A stretch of DNA of 45,809 nucleotides, the filler included, from Streblomastix strix (Eukaryota), in NCBI GenBank assembly GCA_008636045.1. It is 2 parts of 2 records of this genome, joined end to end, with 100 filler letters (N's around TTAATTAATTAA, not from the genome) between each part and the next. Parts side by side here need not be neighbours in the genome. Positions count along the whole stretch, not along the records: positions 1 to 22,888 come from SNRW01000305.1; 1 more part is not named here. One strand, 5' to 3'. Positions 1 through 11,868 of the stretch are shown here, piece after piece; position 1 is the stretch's first letter; every line of letters starts with the position of its first letter. The position numbers were made by a program, and so were the translations under genes. Under the pieces are notes generated by a model, which was given only the letters and a program-made list of their open reading frames with translations, searched no databases and was not told the DNA's origin.

Positions 1-284
1 GCAATGAATGACTTATGACTGTTCCGAATGTTCCGAGTCGTAAAACATTGATGAAATTTATGAAATTTGCACGCATAAATGGAATAGATAGTGAATGACT
101 TTTGATTGATCCGAGTGTTCCGAGTGTTACGAGTCAAAAACTTTCATCAAAAACTGCTGCCAGCCTGCCATTCTGCCAGAAGTGAGAAAAATAAATAAAA
201 ATAAATAGGGTTTTCCTCCGCCTGCGGCTGTTCAAACGTTAATTTGTTCGTTATTGTCTTCATTAACATCTTTATTGATGTCTT
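1..284 (+). repeat. Left TIR (truncated by window start); contains internal-repeat copy 1 (92-190, forward)
   Basis: Reverse complement of 22329-22612 with 6 mismatches in 284 nt by manual alignment. Confidence 0.95.
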
Positions 285-2713
285 GATCTTCTTCTCTTAG
301 TCTGTCGTATAATTTTATTAAATCTTCAAACAATTTATATATCCATGTTCGTTTTCCTAATATTGTTTTATATATTCTTTGAGATTTATTTTTTTATTTA
401 TAATTTGAATGATTTTTCTTTAACATCATATGGTTTGAATTATAATGCAATAGTGCAAGGCACACCTTCTTTAAACACTTGATAATTTTATAAGATTACA
501 TCATCAAGCTATGAACGTGATGCTCTAATTATGTCCTTTTTCGCCTCTGTGAATGGAATGATTCTTTGATTCCAATTGCTTATATTTTTGGTCATAAAAT
601 AAGTAAATAAATTATTGTAAAATTCATTAGTGAAACCGTTAGATAAAGAAGTGAAATATTCAACGTCGTCTCTATGAACTGCCTTACATCTGCATGCAAC
701 ATAACGCCTATCATTAGTTTCAATATTTACAGGGAAATCGTTATTGGTTACCATTATCAAATTCATTACATTTTCCGCTGTTCTGTGAGGCTGATTTTTT
801 TCATTTATTCTTATTTGATTATCGGTTATTATTGACTTCAACGCATCCATGTTCGAATATCTTGCTTCTCCAAAATTTTTAAGTTCATTAGCTATTCCAA
901 GGATTATATTTTCAACGACAAAATTAAACTTGCCTGTAAATTCATCAATATCTGTAATATTTTTAATTGAATAACCAGCCAATAATTCACATAAAACATC
1001 TGTAAATCTATTCTTGCCTCTAACTTGACTGCCTTACAATATCAATGCCACCTCTGATTTAGTACCTTAATTTTTTATATCAAATGCAATCCAATTAAAG
1101 ATATAATTATATAAATTTTCATCACCTGCTGCTATCGTATCATATATTAAATTTAAATAATTGTTAATTAGGTCTTCATCAACAGTAGGCACTTATTTGT
1201 ATTTACAACCTTAAAATATACTGAATATTTCAGTGTCTTAACTAACAAATCCAATTCCTTTCAACATATATAAAGAACTAAATTATTCGCAAACTTATTT
1301 TAATGATATTTTTTTTTAATTTTCTTTCCATTGAATAATTATCTATAATTGTTCATATATTGCTGTTTTATTCATGCATTAAATTTTATATTTTTCATTG
1401 ATTGCATCGTATTGTTTCACTATAAATACTAAGCTACCATCACATGGAGCACAACGTAATATTCTTGTTAAATCTTAAGCTACTTATTCAATCTTTTTAT
1501 ACACTTTATTTGTAATATTTTTCTATATATCTAATAATGAAAAATTATCTTTTAAATCAATTGATTACTAATTTATTTTTATTTATTCGCCTTATAATTA
1601 TTATGCAAGATAAGGCTTTATAATATCGATGTAATACTATGGATTGTGATATTTAACAATCTTTTATAGAACCCATGGATTAGCTTTCGAATAGAATCTT
1701 GACCTTTTGAGCTCCCAATTTTGAATCGCATTTTCGGGTAAATTATTTTATGCCTAAACTTTGTTATAAGCATCATCAACATATTATTTAATTTCATCTT
1801 CACGTAATCCATCAACAAATGCAAGACCATTTAGTCCTGTAAATAAGCATAATAACGTTATTTTTCGTTCGACTTTCTAAGCATCGTAACGTATCTATAA
1901 ATGTTAGAGTCAATCAACTAATAAATCAGCAAATTCTTTATTCATTTTTCGTAATTTTCCATCATTATTTATAATCGGTTTCTCCTCTTCAAATTATGCT
2001 CTTAAATCTATACTATAAATATCTAAGACATCATTTAATGTCGCTAGGTTCTTTTTTTCAAACATATTATTTAAGTCTTCATATTTTAAAGTTTTTCTTT
2101 AATTATTTTCTTAAGGCCTATATGTTGATTTCGGAAGAACGACAAGTCTTTATTTTTCATCGATATGAGCAAATATATCAACATCAAAATTGTCAGTTTT
2201 AATGATTTGGATTTATGAATTATTTTTTAACGGGTATCCATCTCTATCCAAATATACATGTAATCCTCCATGTGCTGTCTTAACGAGTCCAACATTTGAA
2301 GGTAAATTTTCAATAATTTAATTTCTTATTTCTGTTATTTTTTCAACAGATAAATCCTTTTTGATATCAAAATCCATTACGCATAATTATTCATCACATT
2401 TGCCTAAATCAACTGCTGAACCTGTTTTTGTTACTTTTTTTTCATCAGTATGTTTTTTATAATTATATAATGGAGTGATTGCATCTTTGATACGTTCGCC
2501 AATAGTTAAGTTATTATTTTTCGAATTATTTTCTGACATATTTGTTTAAAGAACTAATAAAATTTTGTTAATTTATCTCTTTTTCTTTTGTTCATCGGTC
2601 ATATTATCTGTTATTTCAGTTGGATATAACATATTAATTATTTGGCTGGATTGGCTGACTGATGGATTCTAATTGCCGTTACATTTGACAGATTCAAATT
2701 CTTTTGTTGCCAT
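232..2713 (-). CDS. Prim-Pol (AEP) primase fused to D5-like SF3 helicase; frameshift in an A-run near 390
   Basis: Table-6 translation: CVMDFDIK and VKTAHGGLHVY (Prim-Pol motifs), ILQGSQVRGKNRF (Walker A-like), ANELK, LKSIITD, MVTNN, DRRY. Confidence 0.85.
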
Positions 2714-2720
2714 TTCTTAC

Positions 2721-2742
2721 CTGTTAAAAAGTTGAATTTATA
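2721..2742 (-). promoter_or_regulatory. Putative promoter/5' motif TATAAATTCAACTTTTTAWCAG upstream of the primase-helicase
   Basis: Same 22-mer with 1 mismatch at 11839-11860; both lie 7-8 nt before an ATG. Confidence 0.45.
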
Positions 2743-2830
2743 AAAAACAAACTCGTTTATTTTTAAAATAAGTTTAATTATTTATTTATTGAACTTTTTA
2801 TTCAACATAATTTTACTTTTATTATTGATT

Positions 2831-2955
2831 TTCACTTCTAGCAGAATGGCAGGCTGGCAGCAGTTTTTGATGAAAGTTTTTGACTCGGAACACTCGGAAC
2901 ACTCGGAACAGTCAAAAGTCATTCATTAACTATTCCAATTATCCGCGCAAAAATT
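2831..2955 (-). repeat. Internal TIR-derived repeat copy 2 (reverse)
   Basis: gcagaatggcaggctggcagcagtttttgatgaaagtttttg-(actcggaac)x3-agtcaaaagtcattca. Confidence 0.93.
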
Positions 2956-3327
2956 ATACACTTTTACATTGCAAAATTCGGATTAATCAACCGTTCGAGA
3001 TTTCGATTTAAACGTCATTTTTGGATTCTACGTATCAACGTTGTATATAAACATCATTCTCAAGGCAATATGGGAACATTAATTTTTTGCCTTATTTTTT
3101 AGCTTAAAATTTTTACAGTCATTATATATAGAAATTAAAAAAAATAAAAAATAAAAAAATAACTTTATTTTCATGAAATTTTAAAATCATTTGATAATCA
3201 ACTACATACACAATTCATATGCACTGATTCCGAATATGACCTTTTTAGCTCAATCTGAAACTGTTGATGAGCATGAATTATCGGCTTTATTTTATGCAAA
3301 TAATTAATTATTTTTAACATGATTAAA

Positions 3328-3891
3328 ATGAAGAGTCCAACTATTCCAGAAGTGGAACCATAATTTGAAAAAGAAATTGATCCATTTTAACAACCCAGTT
3401 TCTGCAACCCATTTCAGGCGTAGGTTATTAAATGTGAAACGCCAACGTTGTCGGCTAGGTGCAGAAGTTCAATATTTGAAGAAACTTTAACTCCAGACCC
3501 TTCAGTGTGTCGTTGGCTGTTGGATATCATTAGTGAAGACGAGCATATAACTAAAGAATCAGTGCATTTCGTATTATCAGAAAATTAATTGATTTGAGTT
3601 GTTGCTTACACTTTTGACGTCCCAGAAAGTTAAATTTAATTGAGTATAGAGGACGAAGGATGTTGTGGTAGGTTTTGCAGCGATTCGACTTAAGCATTAA
3701 ATGAGATATTAATTGGGAACGTAAATATATTAAAGCTAAACGTCGAAAAAGTAAATTTAATTAGGGATAGCTATAAAATATGTTTATAAAAAATAAGAAA
3801 AATTACAAGTATTTTAGATTTGGGAGAAATCACAAGTAAAATTATTAGTGCAGTATCAAAAGGATTAATGACTGTGTTAAATAAAATTTGA
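3328..3891 (+). CDS. Hypothetical viral protein (~187 aa, one internal TGA near 3595)
   Basis: ATG-to-TGA frame under table 6; weakly similar frame before the fibre gene of element 2. Confidence 0.55.
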
Positions 3892-3923
3892 AACCGTTAA
3901 TTAATTATTTTTATTTTTATAAA

Positions 3924-6716
3924 ATGGACGGAGATTTACATATGCTTTATGTTGTTTTAAATCATGATTAGACACTGTACGGTTCAAGTAAGTTTAACAC
4001 CATTGGCTTAATTAACGAAGTAAAAAATATTGAAAATTTAAAAAGTACAATTAATGAAGCACCAGAACCTTATAATCGTGATGAAATTGATGAAATGTTA
4101 GATATAAAATTAAATATTTCTGATTAAATCAATGCTTACACCAAGACAGAAGATGATGCTCTGCTGTTGTTGAAAGCTGATAAATCAGAACTCATTGATA
4201 CATATTCAAAGACAAAAGATGATGAATTGTTAGGATTAAAATTAAATATTTCTGATCAAATCGATGCACACAATAAAATTAAAGTCGATGCCCTACTCGA
4301 TAACAAATTAGATGTAAGCGATTAAATCGATGCATACATTAAATAAGAAGATGATGCATTGATGTTATTGAAGGTTGATAAATCAGAACTCATTGATGCA
4401 TATTCGAAGACTGAAGCCGATGCTCCACTCGATGAAAAATTAAATATTTCTGACTAAATCGATGCATACACTCAATAAGAAGATGATGCGTTGCTGATAT
4501 TTAAGGCTGATAAATCAGAGCTTGCGGATTACGTTAATTTAGGCACTAATCAAACAATAACAGGTCAAAAATAGTTCAATATTATTACAGTTGCAAGTGT
4601 TTCAAAATAGGGTAAAAATGATGCTTCTATCTTTCTAGCAGGTGGTGGTGATATGCTTGTGAGTTCATTAGTGAATTAAACTGAATTATAAGAGGTTCGA
4701 GGTATTGCTTCTGGAAAGTCAAAAGCATATGTATTCGATACATAGTCAGATTTGAATGATTGGATGGCAATTCAGGACAATGTCGCGAAACTTGTGATAG
4801 GTGATAATTTATATATAATTGATAAATAAGTAGTGGATTATTGGTGGGATGGCACTGATTTAAAAGTATTAGAAACTGAATAACCTGATATGGCCAATGT
4901 CATTACAACTCTTATAACAGCTACAGGTGGAGGTAATGCAATAGGTGATTTATTATTTAGTGGAAATACATTAATACCTGCGAAAAATATAAATTTTGTT
5001 ACCGCAGACTACGATTAAAATATTAGTGGTTCAAAAACATTTACCAGAACTATTCATTTTATTGGCATTTAAGTTCAAAATTATGACAATTTAAGCGTCG
5101 TACTAGCAGGTGGCGGTGTAAAGGCAATACAGGACATAAATGCAAGCGTCGATTTATCAAATTATTACAACAAATCATAAACATATTCATAAACTGAAAC
5201 AGATTAAAAGTTAAATCTAAAATTGAACATTTCCGATTAAATTGATGCTTACTCTAAGACATAAGATGATGCGTTGCTGCTATTGAAAGCTGATAATACA
5301 GAGCTAATCGATGCTTACAATAAAACCGAAATCGATGTCCTACTCGACAACAAATTAAATATATCTGATTAAATCGATGCAAACACTAAGATGTAAGATG
5401 ATGCGTTGCTGCTATTGAAGGCTGATAGAACATAGCTGATTGATGCCTATACAAAAGGCGAAACCAATAATCTTTTAAATAATAAAGCTGATTCAGGAGT
5501 TTTATACACTAAAGGAGAAGATGATGCATTGCTGTTGTTGAAGGCTGATAAAACATAATTGATTGATTGATTCACTAAATAGGAAGATGATGCGTTGCTG
5601 TTGTTGAAGGCTTATAAAACATAACTAATCGATGCATACACAAAAGGAGAAACTAATAATCTGCTCAGTATTAATGCAGATTCAGGAGTATCATACACAA
5701 AAGGAGAAGATGATGCGTTGCTGTTGCTGAAAGCAAATCAATCATAAACTTATATCAAAACAGAAACTGATTAATTAATATCATAAATTGAAGTTGGTAA
5801 TGTTGATTTAAGTGGTTATATGGCCTTAGGCACTTCATAGACAATAACAGCAAATAAGACTTTCAATAATGCTTGTAGATTCGTAAGTTCTATCGATGGA
5901 ATGGCAACAATTACAGGCACATAGTTTGTTAAATCTGGCGCTGACGATACTGTTGTATTACTTGGAGCTGGTGGCACTAAGCCAATTTCTGAATTTGCGG
6001 GAACTCCAACTGATTTATCGGACTATTACATAAAAATATAAACATATTTGAAAACAGAAACGGATAATAAATTCGAAAGATTGGAAGGCTCAATTTAATA
6101 AATAATAATTGGAAGATTAAAATATGTTGGTCCATTTGGTTAGACATACGATGAAACATAGGACCCAGTTGCTAATACATATTTGACTATGTCAGAAGTA
6201 GATTCAAAACTAACGAATTACGTAAATACGGCAAATAATTAAGAAATTAATGGCACAAAAACATTCAATGCTAATGTTAATGCTACTGGATTTGTGAAAA
6301 CAGGCAAGGATTATACATCGGTTTTATTGGCTGGTGGTGACGACCAATTATTATCATCATTTGGAGGAGTGCATGCGGAGGACATAACAAATTTAGTTGT
6401 AAATTTATATTCAAATATTATATTCAATTATTTAAAACTTACTCGAATAAGCACTTTTTATACTTTAATGATGGAAATTTAACCAAAAACTTAAATCAAT
6501 ACCTCAACATAAACTATAATTTGCACTGTTGGAAATTCTAGTACTGGCATATCTCCTCCAACACCTCCAAGCACTACATATCCTATTTCATTGGCAACGA
6601 AGCGAAAAACATTAACATGTATTTATTCATATAGAGATTTCCGAATAACTACCGACTCAACAGAAGCATGGGGTATTAATGATGATGTAGGCTTATAACT
6701 TAGTTGAATGCTTTGA
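3924..6716 (+). CDS. Long repetitive fibre/spike-like protein (~930 aa; internal TGA at 5568 and 6705)
   Basis: Single frame with many ~22-aa DAYTKxEDDALLLLKADKxxLI repeats and four QxIxxxKxF...LxGGG-type modules, resembling phage fibre shafts. Confidence 0.65.
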
Positions 6717-6777
6717 TGCCTCTGCTTATTATTGCTTGAAATTGTTTGGATTAATTAATTATTTTTATTGGATATAA

Positions 6778-8429
6778 ATGTCGAACGTATATATTGATGA
6801 AAGATTGTTAGACGCTGCTGGTTTATCTGAATTCCCAGAATTATACGCATATATCAAAGAACGGTATCCTAAACCGATTGGTGAGCTATCGCAACCTGTT
6901 CCAATTGGAGAACAAACATTGCAATAGTAAGTGAAAAATAATGATGATGTTATCCACACATCAAATGAAGCGTTCGCGCCACCAGTGCCGAATGCTATAA
7001 TGAAATTGGATTTAAATTCATAATTAGAACAATAAAGTTTTTTAGCATCTAGTGGTTCAGACCCATAGTTAATCGTTTATGGTGATAGAATCACACTAAC
7101 CACATCATATGCGACAATAGGTCTATTTTCTAGTGGTGTTTAGTTGGGAGGTTAGTTGAGCGGTTATTTATTCAAAAGTTATCCCCCTGAAACAAGACCA
7201 AAAGCAGGTGATTAAGTGATTGCATTAGTAGGAACTGATGCCCCTAATACGTATAATATATTTTGCTATATCGATTAAAACGGGCCATATATTATATGTA
7301 ATAGATAAATATCTTCAAATACTGCTCTAGTGCTTAATATTAGATATTATAAATCGTAAGAATCGTCAAAGAAAATAAATTATGATGCAAATAATGACGG
7401 AAAAATAGACATTATGGACACGTGTAATTAAAATGAAAAAGGTTAATTTGAAGCATAATCGTATGTTTATGAAACAGTTAAAAAATAAACAGATTTAATC
7501 GAGGCGGGAGTGTAAGGATTAAATAGATCTAATTATTTGAACAGTGAAATAAAACTAATGGATGAATTAGCGTTATATAAGGCAAATAGAGCCGCATATT
7601 TTATTAAAGATCGTCCATTTATCATATATAGCCTTGGGGTAAAATTGGCACAATTAGGCACCAATTCTGATGCATAATAAACTGTATATAAATTATTATC
7701 GACAATCAGTAAAAAAAAGTTCTACCACGTAATATTAAATATATGCCTATTCATGTAGAATAATAAGAATTTTCCGCTATTTGTTTGTTCAAGGATATGT
7801 ATGACAAGTCGTCAGCTGTATAGGTAGCCCTTAGTGGAAAATTAAGTATGTTTGATTGTGAATTTCAAGGAACATATATCATTGATAACTATGCGAACGC
7901 ATCAGCATCTAATGAAGTCGCATCTGAAGAACCCGAATCTCACATCGACGAAGTAATAATAAAACATGAATAAAAAATTGGTTCATCACCACAACCACAA
8001 TATACGATAACAAATATCTATAATCAATTTATGATAAATGATTTTTTACCCTCATCAGCATATAATACGTTCTATATCGTTGATGATGGCACTTGCAGAG
8101 TATGCGTATTCAATCTATATTTCGAATCAAAAGGATTGCAAGGGAGGACATAAGAAGTTGGTCGTATTCCTGATTCTGTATTACCTGCAGATGGTAAAAG
8201 TTTGGGCTTCCCTGCAGCTGTATATAGCACATAAGGCGGAAGATAGAATAAATTTTCAGTGAATTATTTTATTGTAAATTCATAACTTAAAATGCTATAC
8301 TTTTAATTATCAGAACCATAAGAGTCAATACCAACGGATTCCGATGATGTTTATAAATATTGTGCTAGTGGGATGTATTACTTGCGAAAAAAATCAACAA
8401 AAAGCATTATTTTGACACGAGAAATATGA
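6778..8429 (+). CDS. Second fibre/receptor-binding-like protein (~550 aa; frameshift in the A-run near 7715)
   Basis: Table-6 frame; beta-rich segments such as YPPETRPKAG and VGRIPDSVLPADG; DANNDGKIDIMD loop. Confidence 0.5.
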
Positions 8430-8432
8430 ACA

Positions 8433-8545
8433 GTTAATGAATGACTTTTGACTGTTCCGAGTGTTCCGAGTGTTCCGAGTGTTCCAAGTCAAAAACTTTC
8501 ATCAAAAACTGCTGCCAGCCTGTCATTCTGCCAGAAGTAAGAAAA
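8433..8545 (+). repeat. Internal repeat copy 3 (forward, four 9-bp units)
   Basis: tgaatgacttttgact-(gttccgagt)x3-gttccaagt-caaaaactttcatcaaaaactgctgccagcc. Confidence 0.93.
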
Positions 8546-8617
8546 CATTAATAAAAAAATCATTTATTCAAATCCAAAATAATACATATAATATTTTATT
8601 TTTATTATAAATAAACG

Positions 8618-8908
8618 ATGGCCGTCGTGATATTCTCTAAAATAAAGCAATTAGTTTAAAAGGTACGGAAGGGTCTTTAATGGGCTAATGATAACGTTTA
8701 TAAACCGTTTATAAAACCATTTGCTAAACCGATACTTGGAGCACTCGGTCCTGTTGGCTAATCAATATGTAAAGGTTTAGATGTTGCTAGTTCATTTCTT
8801 GATTATAGTTATGGTGCAGATAAAAATGGTTAATTTAGATAAGATTTTGAAACGTTGAGAAATGATGAGTATTTAAGATAAAAATTACCAATTGATATTC
8901 AGAGTTGA
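8618..8908 (+). CDS. Small 96-aa protein with basic amphipathic N-terminus (candidate membrane-lytic virion protein)
   Basis: Intact table-6 ORF MAVVIFSKIKQLVQKVRKGLQWANDNVYKPFIKPFAKPILGALGPVGQ... Confidence 0.65.
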
Positions 8909-8967
8909 AGAATATAATTATAAAACCAATGAAAAATAATAAAATTAATGTTTGAAACGTTTGAACA

Positions 8968-9118
8968 CTATTTATTTTTATTTATTTTTCTCTCATCTGG
9001 CAGAATGGCAGGCTGGCAACAGTTTTTGATGAAAGTTTTTGACTCGAAACACTCGGAACACTCGGAACACTCAAAAGTCATTCATAAACCACACCATTTA
9101 TGCGAGCCAAAATCATGA
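8968..9118 (-). repeat. Internal repeat copy 4 (reverse)
   Basis: Same core as copy 2 plus TIR-like ctatttatttttatttatttttctc flank and ccatttatgcg extension. Confidence 0.93.
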
Positions 9119-9209
9119 ACTTTTAAGTTGTAAAATTGATGTTCATCAAAAGTTTATTATTTCATTCAGTATTTATTTAACTATTTCATTATTTTATTGA
9201 ATGTAAAAG

Positions 9210-10923
9210 ATGAATAGATTCTTAATGAAAATCACACATTTACCACAAGCAGGGACCATTGAAGAAACATTATTAGGCAATGCCGTTGTTCCATTCACTA
9301 ATGACGGAGAACATCACTATTCAATCAAGGAAATCAAACCAGAATCATAAATGCCAGCATTATTTAACAAGGGGATAATCATTAGTTTATTAGACACAGA
9401 CCACGACATCACATAGATATAAAATTCGTTCTTGTCGATAGTGTTAACTGCCAATATCTAACTTGATGATAAATTTGATAAAATTGACGAATTGTATAAG
9501 GACGGATAGGTTTTATTTGTAGGTCTCAAATCAGGTTCTAATCTTATTCGCGAATATACCATATATCATAGAGGTAAAAACATTGATGGAAGCCTATAGA
9601 ATGACGCAACAACTGAATCATTTATTTATAACGTAATCAAGCCAAAAAGTGAGAAACATAATAGAAACATATTTATTCCCTTTATGAGAATATTCATAAT
9701 TTTGATACATCAGCGTGTGGAACATATATAAGTAAGCGAGAGATTGAAGAGCTAATAGGAAATCAAACAGCCATTCCATATACAATTCCAATACGCTTCA
9801 GAGTCAGCATTCCACTTGATGATCTCTTGATATTCTCTGCCTTCACTGACTATCCTAATGGCCTATTTGGTGATTTAAAAATAAAATTCTAAATAAATCC
9901 TCATGCATTCGTTTTCTGTCAAGTGAATCCAATTATTTCAATGGCTAAATATTATACAACGAATAAAGATGAATTATTTGGTAGTAGTCAGTAGAAGTTA
10001 ATGGATATCGATTTGATGTTCAGAAATTGGAGTTTGACGTTCTAATATACCAAATAATTTACATAATTAGGATGCACTGCTGACTTGATTACAGGACTAC
10101 ATGCGGAGCCATTAACTGAGACAGGACTGAAAAATTTAGTATGCGACATCAAACCCGTTACCATAAGCATAAAAAATTAACTTACAACAGAGGTGACCGC
10201 TAACATGGCAGGTTATAAAGCTACTGATGCATGCCTTAATCGAGTCCGATAATTCTACAGCTAACGTCCATTTGTGGTTCCTGCTCAACGTGTGGAAGTA
10301 TGGCCATTTCCAACGTCTGCTACATTAACGGGAATATGAATATCTTAAAATATTCCTTTGTCTCACGTAACCGACTTCTGTCTGCTATTCCCTAAAGATG
10401 CAAGAGCTACGACTTGTTTTGAAAATCCGTGCTATCAGAACATGCAAATAACCACCTGCGGACGTAATTTCCCAGAAATGCCTATGAATATGCTTGACCA
10501 ATAATTCTTCCAATTATAACTCAATGCGTCAAATCTTGCCCTTTTATTCGAAGCCACTGATGAGTATGAAGATGCTTTAACAACCCCAAGAAATACAGCG
10601 ACTCGAAGACTGAAACCTCACACAGATTTATCAAGCTATTTGATAACTCTTTAATATGAAAGGAACAGCAACGGAGCACTAATTTTTGACGGATTAGACA
10701 CTCAGAACTAAAACACTTCTGTCGAACTTAGAGGAGCACCAATATATCAAGGAACAACAGATTCATATTATAATATAGATACCAGCGGAAAGAGACCACT
10801 ACCTCCTATTTTATGCACAGTTCATGATACATTTTGGTTATTCTCTCTCTAGCGGCAGGTGGTAGCTGCATATACGATACAAACCACTCATTTGATGAAG
10901 TTATTCGACCACTGACAGGATGA
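9210..10923 (+). CDS. Probable major capsid protein (double jelly-roll), ~570 aa; frameshifts near 9670 and 10845, TGA near 10337
   Basis: Size, beta-strand-like segments (LFVGLKSGSNLIREYTIYHRGKNID) and position in a Polinton-like genome; fold is inferred, not shown. Confidence 0.62.
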
Positions 10924-11072
10924 ACGAACTAACCCGTTAATTGAGAACATTTTTTATTTTTTTTATTTATATATATAACTAATACCTAAACATTAATATA
11001 GTTAATTAAATAGGTCCTTAGTTATATTTTCATTAATTATTTTTATTTATTTTATAATAAACGGCTTCAAAT

Positions 11073-11456
11073 ATGACTTCAGCATAAAACTTAAAATATT
11101 ACACTTTGACATAAAATGACGGAATTGTAATGGGAGAAAACGGTTAGAATGGAGTTGGTTTTGCATTATTATACGCGTTTGTAAATTCAGATAATTAAAG
11201 AAAAATAATATTCTGCTAATGTCCTTGTTCAAATTAAGGCGCTAACGAGGACATTTCTGTTCATAGTTCAATGGTTCAAGAGGAATAATATTTCGATTAA
11301 TTTGTTGGCTATTGTAATGAATAACGTGTTTATAAGCCCTTCATACAATACAACCACAACAGATATTTATATGTTTGGTTCCGTTAAAATTAAGAATTAT
11401 TGGATATAAATTAAAATTAATTAAAATTTGTTCTTGAGTTGATGCTGGAATATTGA
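11073..11456 (+). CDS. Possible minor capsid (penton-like) protein, 127 aa
   Basis: Intact table-6 ORF just after the MCP candidate; C-terminus YLYVWFRQNQELLDINQNQLKFVLELMLEY resembles single jelly-roll penton ends. Confidence 0.4.
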
Positions 11457-11503
11457 AATAACTAATTTATTTTTATTTAATTTTATTTTTTTATCACTAT
11501 AAA

Positions 11504-11719
11504 ATGGCAAATAATGAGAAATAAAATTTACGTTTTGAAAAATATGCACGAATATTTATGGTAGATACTATGAAATTTTTATTAATGCAAGCCGAAAGAG
11601 ATGGAGAAGATTTAGAGTTTAAAATTATTGATTATGAATACGAATAAGAAAGAATAATTTATGCAAAATAAAAAATAATTGAAATGATGAAATTAATTTA
11701 AACAGAGGCCAATTTATGA
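11504..11719 (+). CDS. Small hypothetical protein (frame may originally have continued to ~11820)
   Basis: ATG after T-rich tract and aaaATG context; charged helical sequence. Confidence 0.35.
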
Positions 11720-11838
11720 AATATTAAATCTGAAATAGTTTATAAAGAAAATATAAAGAAATTAGAATAAAAAATTTAAGAAACAGAAGAAAAAATAAAA
11801 TAAATTAAATAATTTTAAATTAAATCGTTTTATTTATA

Positions 11839-11860
11839 TATAAATTCAACTTTTTATCAG
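11839..11860 (+). promoter_or_regulatory. Second copy of the 22-nt putative promoter motif, upstream of the KilA-N gene
   Basis: tataaattcaactttttatcag versus the reverse complement of 2721-2742. Confidence 0.45.
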
Positions 11861-11868
11861 TATATAAA

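Noticed and set aside
5977..8262. Short standard-code ORFs in the supplied track (e.g. 5977-6159, 6765-6959, 8038-8262)
   Set aside because: Antisense or off-frame shadows of longer table-6 genes
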